In this document: positions 11,201 through 19,217 of the stretch, in pieces | Numbering within the stretch: position 1 is the first letter of the stretch | Layout of the letters: every line of letters starts with the position of its first letter | From: Coriobacteriales bacterium | GTDB lineage: Bacteria; Actinomycetota; Coriobacteriia; Coriobacteriales; UMGS124 | Assembly: GCA_017515595.1 (NCBI GenBank) | Contig: JAFWFL010000005.1 | Coordinates: forward strand, 4,516-68,515 | Direction: 5' to 3' | DNA length: 64,000 bases | Notes under the pieces: model-generated | Told to the model about the DNA's origin: nothing | Databases searched by the model: none | The model's input: only the letters and a program-made list of their open reading frames with translations | Position numbers and translations under genes: made by a program

Positions 11201-11348
11201 ATACCAGGTCAAGATTTACAAGGCAACGCCTGAGAACTCTCCGTTTGGCAATCCCTGCCCATGCGATTCAAACGGCGTTGAGATTATCCATGACGCCAGT
11301 GACCCACGATTGAAGGAATGGCTGCCCACTTATGAAGGGAGGCTGTAA
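8268..11348 (+). CDS. Tat-exported molybdopterin (bis-MGD, DMSO reductase family) oxidoreductase catalytic subunit
   Basis: The ATG at 8268 is preceded by GAAGGGAGAGGG. The twin-arginine leader is MGQLNLTRRGFVKAAAVTAAAAAFA, and the N-terminal FeS Cys cluster is CCRGCGKMEC...C. The size is about 1026 aa, and FeS and anchor subunits follow. Confidence 0.85.
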   Translation: MGQLNLTRRGFVKAAAVTAAAAAFAANVPRALAFDASTVGETACQILGSDTVTVKTCCRGCGKMECGVKVIVKDGRAIRVEGDEGAFQSMGNCCTKSQSSIQAAYHPDRLMYPLKRTNPKGDNDPGWVRISWDEAIATVCDKMVEIQQQYGGEAIALAVGTSRVWCMHSESCLKALFQTPNNLEAWQICKGPRHFATEMTSTFSMSWMETVDRPRVYVQWGGASEISNYDDSCRTTVDAATRADVHISVDPRMANMGKEADYWQHLRTGTDGALALSWMNVIIENNLIDELYVKKWTNAPFLVCDDIEPSGFPARRNDGTYYDVKTRLLKESDVVEGGSPYKFFVYDNNWEKLAAEGIEHQYGEFTWFNADQESVIDNTGGFWEAENYDSRKAREGREATQPNLLKGQIQGHLPDPMGFDPAIDPALRGEFTIKLKDGKEHKVRPVYDVMAEKCAEYAPEIAEGITGIPAAEIEAAAKAYATRIDPESGYGNGGIQYMLAIEHACNAVQNSRCCDAIVALTGNIDTPGGNRSTTIVPIDGDLQGFSAWVPGASLPPREVNEKQLGMEKMPLLDWWGYWCDMNATFTAMLTSDPYPVRALWNESGNFMCACNSTFAWEALNSLDFMVDLNLWHAPSTDAADILLPVAHWIELSSPRASQGSAGAMGATVKCVEPPAEARYDPEIVMDVYKYMGVPWNDDPDNMWPDINWQLADAIKLYSDEEYMKHYYKVENGQIVEDEIIGKPFAELEPKYKTWAEYIQAFEEHGWWQAKEIEPEMWGTYRRYQTGGFRGRDIVWARLDSTCGIPGVADWKPGFFTPTMKHELWSTIVESYMPDREDLWLPSWKEPPHGPVADPERAKEYPLTATTGRRIPVYFHSEHRQLPWCREQWPVPRIEINPITAEKYGIEQGDWVWIETEWGKIRECADLYFGVDQNTVNLEHTWWYPEVQDAGHGFQLSAVNQLIDKDAQDPISGSSNLRAYQVKIYKATPENSPFGNPCPCDSNGVEIIHDASDPRLKEWLPTYEGRL

Positions 11349-11351
11349 GCC

Positions 11352-12020
11352 ATGCAAAAGGCAATCTTTACTGACCTCAACCGCTGCGTAGGTTGTTTGT
11401 CCTGCAGCGTTGCTTGCAAAGCTCTGAACGAAGTTCAGATTGGTAACTTCTGGAACCGCGTTGTACGCGTTGGACCAAACCCTGAGTACGAAGGTGCCGA
11501 CTACCCTGATGTGTACATGTACTTCCTGCCGGTAACCTGCCAGCATTGCGAAAACGCTCCGTGCGTTGCCGTATGCCCCACAGGCGCCAGCATGAAGACA
11601 GAGGACGGAACCGTCCAAATTGACCACGAGCAGTGCATTGGCTGCGGCGCCTGCCTTGACGCCTGCCCCTACGGTGTACGCTACATCAACATTGACACCA
11701 ATGTTGCCGAGAAGTGCACGTTCTGCAGCCAAAACATCAAAGATGACGGCGTGCCCCAGTGCGTAAGCCAGTGCTCTGGCAATGCCCGTTGGGTAGGCGA
11801 TCTTGATGAAGGCTATGACAGCTTTGTTGGTACGTATGACACCGACGGTGACTATGGCGGAGAGCGCCGCCGCATGATGGACTTTATTGAGCCCTTCACC
11901 GAGGAAGATGTACATACTCTTCCCGATATTGGCAACGGTCCTTCCTTCCGTTACATCCTTCGTGGCCACAAGTGGTACGGAGCCGAGGGTGGCGTCGAAG
12001 GCGCTACCATGGCAATGTAA
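11352..12020 (+). CDS. 4Fe-4S electron-transfer subunit (DmsB-like)
   Basis: Four ferredoxin-type Cys groups are present: CVGCLSCSVAC, CQHCENAPCVAVCP, CIGCGACLDACP and CTFC. The start is 3 nt after the catalytic-subunit stop. Confidence 0.85.
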   Translation: MQKAIFTDLNRCVGCLSCSVACKALNEVQIGNFWNRVVRVGPNPEYEGADYPDVYMYFLPVTCQHCENAPCVAVCPTGASMKTEDGTVQIDHEQCIGCGACLDACPYGVRYINIDTNVAEKCTFCSQNIKDDGVPQCVSQCSGNARWVGDLDEGYDSFVGTYDTDGDYGGERRRMMDFIEPFTEEDVHTLPDIGNGPSFRYILRGHKWYGAEGGVEGATMAM

Positions 12021-12035
12021 GCTGAGGAGTAACAC

Positions 12036-12920
12036 ATGACTCTATCCTGGCCTCTTATTGCGTACGTAATGTTAGGCGTAGCATGTGCCGGTACCCTGGG
12101 AACACAGGGAGTCCTGGCTCTGAGAGGTCGCGGTGGTAAGGTCCACTTGTACTCAGCTATTCTAGCGCTGGTACTTTGCCTGGGGGCGATGGCTGCCGCC
12201 GTCGCCCGACTGGGCAGAGTGGACCGTGTCTTTAATGTTTTAGCCCACTTGTCCAGTGGCATTTCGCAAGGTTATGCGGTACTTATTGTTTTTGCGGCTG
12301 CAGCTGTGGTTGCCATTGTTGCCATACATCGCGACGAGGACAACTCAATGCCCCGTTGGTGCGGTGTCATGTGTGTAATTGTGGCCCTGCTTACGGCATA
12401 CGGCATCGCAGCAAACCTTACCGCCACCGGCTTACATGCAGGCAAGACACTGCTCGCGACCGCTTATCTTGTGGCTGCAGCATTAGCAGCAGGCTTCTTT
12501 GTGATGAGCATCATGTTTACGCTTTGCCATGACGAATCCTGCCCGGCCCCGCTTTTGGCGCTTGGCTCAACTATTGCATCTGCCGCAACCGGTATTCTTG
12601 CATACATTTTTGCAACCATTGCTCCTACATTGGGAATCCGCGCCACCCAGATTGTCAAGTCTGACTACGGAATGGTTGGGATTCATCCTACACAAGGTAT
12701 CAATGCATCAGTACAAAATGATCAACTGGTGTTATGGGTTCTTGCTTTGGTGGTGGGAGCACTGGTACCGCTTGTAATAAGCCTGATTGCCCGCAAGATT
12801 AAAGGTGCAGGCTCAGCCGGCATCAATGCCCTTGGCGTAATTGCAGTTCTTGTTGCTGTTGCCGCAACGGTAAGTATTGCACTTTTCTCCGGTCAGGCAG
12901 TACAGCTGCTCAGCAGATAA
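12036..12920 (+). CDS. Integral membrane anchor subunit (DmsC/NrfD-like)
   Basis: 294 aa with about 8 hydrophobic helices. It is third in the operon, after the catalytic and FeS subunits. Confidence 0.65.
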   Translation: MTLSWPLIAYVMLGVACAGTLGTQGVLALRGRGGKVHLYSAILALVLCLGAMAAAVARLGRVDRVFNVLAHLSSGISQGYAVLIVFAAAAVVAIVAIHRDEDNSMPRWCGVMCVIVALLTAYGIAANLTATGLHAGKTLLATAYLVAAALAAGFFVMSIMFTLCHDESCPAPLLALGSTIASAATGILAYIFATIAPTLGIRATQIVKSDYGMVGIHPTQGINASVQNDQLVLWVLALVVGALVPLVISLIARKIKGAGSAGINALGVIAVLVAVAATVSIALFSGQAVQLLSR

Positions 12921-13207
12921 GTTCTTTTGCAACACTCTTGGTAAGGCATTTGACTTACCCCTTGTTTTACCCGGTTTATTTGTTCTGATTTGTCCGTACC
13001 TGCACGGATACACCCCCCATGGTATCCGTGCAGGTGGCGAAAGTCCCTGAAGAGAGACGGGCTCCCTCTCTCTTTTGCAATAGGCTTCTCTCTTCTTCCT
13101 CCTTCCAGCCTATATGCTACTCCCCGTCTTTCTCCAGAGACTTTCGCCACGGTTGGTGTTTGCCCCCATAAATACCAGCCGCTCCCGTGTGCCCAAAGGA
13201 GTTCCCT

Positions 13208-14371
13208 ATGAACACAAGCGCCAAGACCGTGCTTGGGCAGCTCAACTCGCTCTCAGGCAATAACGTGCGTGTCTATGGCAACCGTTGCGTCCGCGTAAAA
13301 AACCGCAATGCCACGTGCGAAGCCTGTGCAGATGTATGCACAACCGGCGCTATAAGCGTTGGTGAACATGGCTTTGAGATCAAAGAAAACCTTTGTATTG
13401 GGTGCGGAACCTGCGCAACAGCCTGTCCAACCTGCGCTTTGGAATCACTTAATCCCACAGACTCTGATCTTTTTGAACGCGCATATACCGCCATGAATAA
13501 CAACGGCGGCCAGGCAGTATTTGCGTGCGCTTCCAATCTTGACAAGCAATTTGGCAAAATTGACGAGTCAAAAGTCTGCCGTGTAACCTGTATAGGCAGA
13601 GTGGATGAAAGCCTGATCGCCACCCTTAAAAAGGCCGGAGCAACCGACATTTGTTTTGTTGAACATGGTTGCGATACCTGCATACACGCATCAGGCCGCG
13701 ATACGGCATGTGCAGTTGCCAATTCCGCGGCCTCAATTCTTGAAATCTGGGGTAACCCGTTACCCATAACATTCATTGACTCGTTCCCCCGGCAAATCAA
13801 GCTTAATATGCCTTTTGAAGCGGATGTTGCACTCCCGGACAGCGATCTTTCTTATACCGAGAATAACGCGCGTATAGAAAGCGCTCCTGCCGAGAATCCC
13901 GAGCAGCCTCATCTTATGAAAACCGGTAAAAACGGCGTGCTTCCCCAATATGTACCAAGCAGGCGCGGGCAGCTTCTGAGCACCCTCAAAGACCTGGGTC
14001 CCATACCCAGCGAACCTGTATCGAGCCGCCTGTGGGCAACGGTATCAATAGATACCAATGTATGTGGTTCATGCCGTTTATGCGCAGTCTTTTGCCCCAC
14101 GGGTGCACTTGCCAAATTTGATGACCGCACCTCGGCCACATTTGGCATCAAACATACACCCGGCAAATGCGTAGCATGCGGAACATGCCGTGATATATGC
14201 CCCAAACATGCCATCACTCTTTTGGATGGCGTTGAGGCGGCTGATCTCTATGACAATTCCTGTGTTACATTCACCATGCGCCCGCGCGAAGTAGAACCCG
14301 GGAAACCCGACACTATCATCCGCAAAATGCGCAACCTCCTCACCGACTCCAAATATGTGAGCCAGGCATAA
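13208..14371 (+). CDS. Multi-cluster 4Fe-4S ferredoxin-domain protein
   Basis: AAGGAG precedes the ATG at 13208. There are two pairs of CxxCxxCxxxCP motifs: CIGCGTCATACP and CEACADVC at the N-terminus, CGSCRLCAVFCP and CVACGTCRDICP at the C-terminus. Confidence 0.8.
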   Translation: MNTSAKTVLGQLNSLSGNNVRVYGNRCVRVKNRNATCEACADVCTTGAISVGEHGFEIKENLCIGCGTCATACPTCALESLNPTDSDLFERAYTAMNNNGGQAVFACASNLDKQFGKIDESKVCRVTCIGRVDESLIATLKKAGATDICFVEHGCDTCIHASGRDTACAVANSAASILEIWGNPLPITFIDSFPRQIKLNMPFEADVALPDSDLSYTENNARIESAPAENPEQPHLMKTGKNGVLPQYVPSRRGQLLSTLKDLGPIPSEPVSSRLWATVSIDTNVCGSCRLCAVFCPTGALAKFDDRTSATFGIKHTPGKCVACGTCRDICPKHAITLLDGVEAADLYDNSCVTFTMRPREVEPGKPDTIIRKMRNLLTDSKYVSQA

Positions 14372-14443
14372 CGCCTGACAAAAGGTGCGTCCTTTTGTCA
14401 GGTATGCAGCAAACCAGTACAACCAATATAAGGAGAGATACCT

Positions 14444-15265
14444 ATGACCATCAGCACCATTGATCCAAACGCCATTGACATTGCCAACGATCTCATCTCT
14501 GACAATGATGTAGAAGAAACATCCAATGAGTTTGGCGGCGGCCTCACAAAAGAAGACTCTGACCGGGCAATCGAAGAAAACGAAGATTTCATACCCTACA
14601 TTGGCGATGCTTCTGAAGATCACACTCCTCAGGTTACAGAAGACACACGCCCGGCCCACGTGCGCACCGCTGAGCTTTTTGACCGTATGAAGCCTCGCCG
14701 CCGCGAACTCATGAAAATCCTCGCACTTTGTACGGAGCCTGTTGATGCCGCAGATGTTCATAAAGCAGGCAACGCCATGCAGGCTGCTCATCGCTCGGTA
14801 TATGACGGAGAAGCCCTTTGCAATCTTCTTGTGAGAGCCGGTGCTCTTCAAAAGATCGAATCAGAAGACCGTGCGCCAGAAGTGGTGGTAGAAGACGGCA
14901 TCGAGTACCTGAAGCCCGCCGGGAAAAAGAGTGTACAATACTGCACCACCCCCGTTGGCCAGGCTGTTCTTGATGATGATAAGCCCAAAGAGCGCTTGTT
15001 CGCAGCGCTCGAGAAGGAGCCGGAGTACAAGCCCATCTTTTTGCGTATCCTTTTGGCTTGCGCCGAGGACGGCGGTAAAACCGCAAAACAACTTGGTGAT
15101 TTGGTAGACAAAGACGAGCTTTTGCAATCACCCCGCCGCTGGGCAGCGTACTTCTTTAACATCCTTCACGAATGCGACGCTCTTACCTGGAACACCACGT
15201 GGACCACAACCGAGCTTGGTATGCAAGGTATTGAAGCTCTTGAACTCGAAGGTGTCATGGCTTAA
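14444..15265 (+). CDS. Hypothetical protein with an acidic N-terminus (273 aa)
   Basis: A good RBS (AAGGAGAG) and coding-like composition. It is embedded between the ferredoxin and TorD-like genes, and no family was recognised. Confidence 0.45.
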   Translation: MTISTIDPNAIDIANDLISDNDVEETSNEFGGGLTKEDSDRAIEENEDFIPYIGDASEDHTPQVTEDTRPAHVRTAELFDRMKPRRRELMKILALCTEPVDAADVHKAGNAMQAAHRSVYDGEALCNLLVRAGALQKIESEDRAPEVVVEDGIEYLKPAGKKSVQYCTTPVGQAVLDDDKPKERLFAALEKEPEYKPIFLRILLACAEDGGKTAKQLGDLVDKDELLQSPRRWAAYFFNILHECDALTWNTTWTTTELGMQGIEALELEGVMA

Positions 15266-15351
15266 AAAGCCGGCTCTTTTACCTGTTATCTGCATTACTT
15301 TTATCTGTCATCGCGTCTGTAAAACAGCGCCCTCACCCCATGGAGGTTCCC

Positions 15352-16056
15352 ATGTCAAACGCTCTTAACAATGATCAGTCCCAGCTCACACTTGCTGAGT
15401 TTGCAGAAATTAACGACCGCCGTGCAAGCTCCTATGCATTTTTATCAAGGCTTTTTGCAAAAGAGGTTGATCCTGAACTTCTCGATCACATGCATAATAT
15501 GAAGTTCCCCATGAATACCGGCAATAGCGATACTGATGAAGGTAATCGTCTGTTGGCAGGTTATCTCTCAAATATCTGGGACGGTACACTCCAGGAACTT
15601 GCAGTTGACTATGTACACACCTTTATTGGCAGCGGAATTGATGCATTCTCGGCAGCATACCCGTACGAAAGTGTTTACACAAGTCCCAAAAGGCTTATGA
15701 TGCAAGAAGCGCGCGATGAGGTGCTTGCCATTTACCGCAGCCAGGGAATAGAAAAGGCCCTGAGCTGGCAGGAGGCCGAGGATCATGTAGCAGCCGAGCT
15801 CGAATTTATGGCAGCGCTCGCAACCCGCACCGCAGATTTGTGCCGTGAGGAGAACGAGGAGGCCGTTACACGCTTACTGCGTACTCAGCGCGGCTTTTTG
15901 GCTGATCATCTTTATGCGTGGACCGGAATGCTTACTGCCGATATGCGCAAATACGCCCGCACAGACTTTTACAAATCCCTCGCCAGCCTGCTCGATGGCC
16001 TTTTGGGCAGCGATCTCGAAACACTGAACAATATTCTGGGACCGGAAGAAGCATAA
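15352..16056 (+). CDS. TorD/DmsD-family redox-enzyme maturation chaperone
   Basis: Its size, helical character, FLSRLF...EVD..LL N-terminus and EDH.A.ELEFM segment resemble TorD/DmsD. It sits in a molybdoenzyme locus. GGAGG lies 5 nt before the ATG at 15352. Confidence 0.65.
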   Translation: MSNALNNDQSQLTLAEFAEINDRRASSYAFLSRLFAKEVDPELLDHMHNMKFPMNTGNSDTDEGNRLLAGYLSNIWDGTLQELAVDYVHTFIGSGIDAFSAAYPYESVYTSPKRLMMQEARDEVLAIYRSQGIEKALSWQEAEDHVAAELEFMAALATRTADLCREENEEAVTRLLRTQRGFLADHLYAWTGMLTADMRKYARTDFYKSLASLLDGLLGSDLETLNNILGPEEA

Positions 16057-16087
16057 ACATACAACAGGAATTCTAAGTATTCTTGAA

Positions 16088-16172
16088 ATATGCGAAAGCC
16101 TTGACAGGAGGGGTGACCCGGCAAATTGGGCACATGGGGAGGGTTACTCCTCCTATCAGGGCTTTCGCATAT
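16088..16172 (+). promoter_or_regulatory. Long imperfect hairpin (about 32-bp arms) 20 nt upstream of the next start codon
   Basis: ATATGCGAAAGCCTTGACAGGAGGGGTGACCC pairs with GGGTTACTCCTCCTATCAGGGCTTTCGCATAT. No T-tract follows. Confidence 0.5.
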
Positions 16173-16192
16173 GATGTATACGGGGTTATTAT

Positions 16193-18094
16193 ATGAAAAC
16201 GTTTGATTATTCTTCAAATGCGCAGGTGACAATTCTCACCTCATGCGCGGGGCAAGACGCCGTACAGGGACTTATAAGCCATGTTGAACGCATGGTCAAA
16301 GACACCGACGCCTGCCCTCAAGATGTGCTCGTTCTCACAGCAAGTTCAACCATAGCAACAGACTTGCGCAACCGGCTGGCGTCGCAGCAGAATCCCTTCT
16401 TCGCTGAGATCACCATAGCCACTCCGCGCGACCTTGCTCTTGAGCTTTTAAACAGTGCCGAGGCTTTTGATATTACACATCGTCGCGCCAGGGTGCTCTA
16501 CGATTTTGAGCTTTCGTTTTTGAATGAAGACATTAAAGTGTTTGGCAAGCAGGGCCGCCGCATCAAAGAGATGCTCAAGTTTTTAGAGCGCGGCTGGAGC
16601 GAAATGCGCGAAGAAGAAGACGGCTGGCTTATTACGGGTGAAGAAAGGTCAATGGAGACCTTTTTAAAGGAGCACCTTGCGCTTCTTGAAGCGCTCCATC
16701 CGTCTGAAGTCGAAGCTGTTTGCATGAGATATCTCCGGGCTTCTGCCAGTGCTCTCGAGCAGGCCGCCTTTAACCATGTCTTTGTTTTGGGCGCACGCTC
16801 CATGGGAAGAGCCGCACAAATTCTTGCCTGCAATCTTGCCAAAGAAAACCTTGTTGTCGAGTGGAATACCGACGCTGCTCTTTTGGGTGACGGACCATAT
16901 GCCTATGCAGACGGCCTGCAAGAGCTTATGCGCGATAACCCGCAGCATACCTGCATAAACCTTGATGCTCCGTTAATGAGCGGCGCTGTTTTGGACATTC
17001 TCAATAATCTCTTTGCCGCACGTAAAGAGGCTCCTCATACCAATACCTGCGAGTTCTTGCCAGGCACAGAGGGTTCTTTTGCCGTTATAAACGCCAACAG
17101 GCTCGATCATGAGATGTCATGCGTTGTTAATGCGGTTCAGGAACATCTGTCAAACGGTGACCAACCGGAACAAATCTTTGTGGCAACGCCCAATGATGCC
17201 TGGACGCGGCGCGTGTCTGCCGTATTCGCCCAGGCAGAGATACCGTACACCTCCATTGAGGAACGGCAGGTCCTTACCTGTGATGTTCGTGATGCTGCCA
17301 AAAGCGCCGCTGCCCGCGTGGTAACTGCCCTTATGCTCGCCCAAAATCCCCAGGATTGTATGGCATGGCGTGCATGGTGCGGGTTTGGCGATTATCTAAC
17401 CTGCTCGGGAGGTTTTGCGACGCTTTTTGAGAATGTCAAAGCAAGCGGTACGGGACTTGTTGCAGAACTCGATGCGCTGGTTTCTCGGCATCATGACAAT
17501 AGCCTGCCAAAGGGTCTTGCGTTGATTGCGGAGAAATATCTTGCAGGCTGTGCTTTTATTGAACAGGCGCGCGGGCTGGCGGGAGAAGATCTCATCAAAG
17601 CAGCTTGTATGGCGGCAACCGGATTGGAAGAGTTGCCACATGCCTTAAAGACTCTCTTTAGCGATACCAAGCCGCATGCTGACGCTTCTTTATTGTGTAC
17701 GCATATTTATCAAAAGCTCATGCGTCCTCCTTTTGACAGGTGCGGTGTTAAGATTGGCAGCTGGGAACGCGTAAACGGCCTGGCGCCTCAAACCGTTATC
17801 ATGAGCGGCATGGTCAACGGTCTTGTGCCGGAGAGCGCATATTTTGATTTGACCCTGCTTACTCTCGATGCGCGGGCAAAAAAGCATGAGCAGCTGCTTG
17901 AGCGTATGATTGCTACCGTAAGCAGTGCAAAAACAAACGTTATCTGCACAACCTTCTCGGAGTGTACACTTATAGAAGCTGAGACGCTCAAGCTCGACAG
18001 CAATCGCATTAAACTTGTAGACAGAGAACGCATTTGCACAATTTCGCCAAGCATAACCGTCAGGCTCATGCAAGGTGTGTATAATGGTGAGTAA
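16193..18094 (+). CDS. UvrD/PcrA-like superfamily-1 helicase homolog with degenerate ATPase motifs
   Basis: The motif order resembles UvrD: VLVLTASSTIATDLRNRL (Ia-like), IFVATPNDAW...AEIPY (IV-like) and VIMSGMVNGLVPE (VI-like). The Walker A position reads SCAGQDAV and the DEFQD position reads LGARS. Confidence 0.5.
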   Translation: MKTFDYSSNAQVTILTSCAGQDAVQGLISHVERMVKDTDACPQDVLVLTASSTIATDLRNRLASQQNPFFAEITIATPRDLALELLNSAEAFDITHRRARVLYDFELSFLNEDIKVFGKQGRRIKEMLKFLERGWSEMREEEDGWLITGEERSMETFLKEHLALLEALHPSEVEAVCMRYLRASASALEQAAFNHVFVLGARSMGRAAQILACNLAKENLVVEWNTDAALLGDGPYAYADGLQELMRDNPQHTCINLDAPLMSGAVLDILNNLFAARKEAPHTNTCEFLPGTEGSFAVINANRLDHEMSCVVNAVQEHLSNGDQPEQIFVATPNDAWTRRVSAVFAQAEIPYTSIEERQVLTCDVRDAAKSAAARVVTALMLAQNPQDCMAWRAWCGFGDYLTCSGGFATLFENVKASGTGLVAELDALVSRHHDNSLPKGLALIAEKYLAGCAFIEQARGLAGEDLIKAACMAATGLEELPHALKTLFSDTKPHADASLLCTHIYQKLMRPPFDRCGVKIGSWERVNGLAPQTVIMSGMVNGLVPESAYFDLTLLTLDARAKKHEQLLERMIATVSSAKTNVICTTFSECTLIEAETLKLDSNRIKLVDRERICTISPSITVRLMQGVYNGE

Positions 18095-18125
18095 TAACCG
18101 AGCTTGACTTTTGAGAGGGAATCTT

Positions 18126-19214
18126 ATGATGAATGCAGCAAAAATCTTACACACTTACCTTACGCAAGAGCTTGAACATCCCGTACCTTTTGCAGGAGAT
18201 ATTGTGCACCTGGAGTATCCGCCAAAAGAAAACTCAGTAGGTGTCACGGTAGATACACGCTCGAATTTTATTGCAACATTTACCATTACGGTTCCCGCAA
18301 GTGAGCTTGAACCCACCATCGAAAACGCAAAGCTTGCCATCGTACGCAATCTTGGTTTTAATGCCAAAGATCCCGCATCAATTGATGCTGCGCGCAAAAA
18401 ACTCGGCGACAAAGCGTTTGAGGAGCATACCGAGAATATGGTTCGCCTCGCATTTCTCTCAACAGCAATGATGCGCACCGGAGTTTTTGCGTTCTTATCG
18501 CCTGAGATACTGCCAAGCAAACCCATCAAACTCGGTGAGGATTATATCTTCCAAGCCCAAATGACGCTTCGCCCCCGCTCCGGTCTTACCAGCACAAAAG
18601 CTCCTGCAATTAAAAAGCCTGCCAAACCGGAGATTACCAACCAGGCAATTAACGAGCGCATGAACCAAATGATTGGTGGCAACGTGCCCTGGGACATGGT
18701 TAGTAGCGACAAATCAGAAAGTGTCGAGAAGCTCCGCTCGCAAATGCGCGATCTTATTTCTGCAGAAAACGAATCCCAGTGGCATGAAGAAGTAGTTAAT
18801 CTCTGCCTGGACGAAATGGTCAAACGGCTCACCGAAGAAGTTCCGTATAAACACATCGAACTCCTGCGCGACAACATGGCAAACTCGTATGCATCAAACT
18901 TGGTATCAAACGGCGTCGACTGGGACGCATATATTGCATCACCCGGTTTTAATTTAAATGATTTCAAGCAGCAAATGACCATGAATGCGATTTCGGCTTT
19001 GAACCGCGGTATGGCACTGGATGCTCTTGCCGAAGCTCTCAAGATTAAACTCACAGAAGACGATATCCTTGGCGCCGCCGGACAAGTTGCTCCCGGACAT
19101 GAGGCTGAGGCTATCCAGGGTATGCTTCAAACAGGACAGCTCCCCCAGCTTTGCGAAGTCACCAAGCGCATTAAGGCCGGTGACTGGCTGGTCCGTAATT
19201 GCAAGGATGCTTAA
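18126..19214 (+). CDS. Trigger-factor-like protein lacking the PPIase domain
   Basis: By eye, the N-terminal part aligns to the Tig ribosome-binding/linker region (KLGEDYIFQAQMTLRP...KKPAKPEITNQAINERMNQM). A helical C-terminal arm region follows. At about 362 aa there is no room for an FKBP insert. Confidence 0.4.
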   Translation: MMNAAKILHTYLTQELEHPVPFAGDIVHLEYPPKENSVGVTVDTRSNFIATFTITVPASELEPTIENAKLAIVRNLGFNAKDPASIDAARKKLGDKAFEEHTENMVRLAFLSTAMMRTGVFAFLSPEILPSKPIKLGEDYIFQAQMTLRPRSGLTSTKAPAIKKPAKPEITNQAINERMNQMIGGNVPWDMVSSDKSESVEKLRSQMRDLISAENESQWHEEVVNLCLDEMVKRLTEEVPYKHIELLRDNMANSYASNLVSNGVDWDAYIASPGFNLNDFKQQMTMNAISALNRGMALDALAEALKIKLTEDDILGAAGQVAPGHEAEAIQGMLQTGQLPQLCEVTKRIKAGDWLVRNCKDA

Positions 19215-19217
19215 TAT

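Noticed and set aside
8946-12035. Several long antisense ORFs within the molybdoenzyme genes (8946..9794, 10170..10730, 10740..11168, 11268..12035), with similar cases inside the gcv genes (39262..40434, 46821..47468)
   Set aside because: They lie entirely inside well-supported sense genes and have no recognisable motifs. Their composition is typical of the reverse frames of GC3-rich genes.
13030-13060. A GGCGAAAGTCC word reminiscent of the RNase P RNA P4 motif (GAGGAAAGTCC)
   Set aside because: The spacer is only 287 nt and lacks the other universally conserved RNase P regions. It was treated as a chance similarity within a structured spacer.
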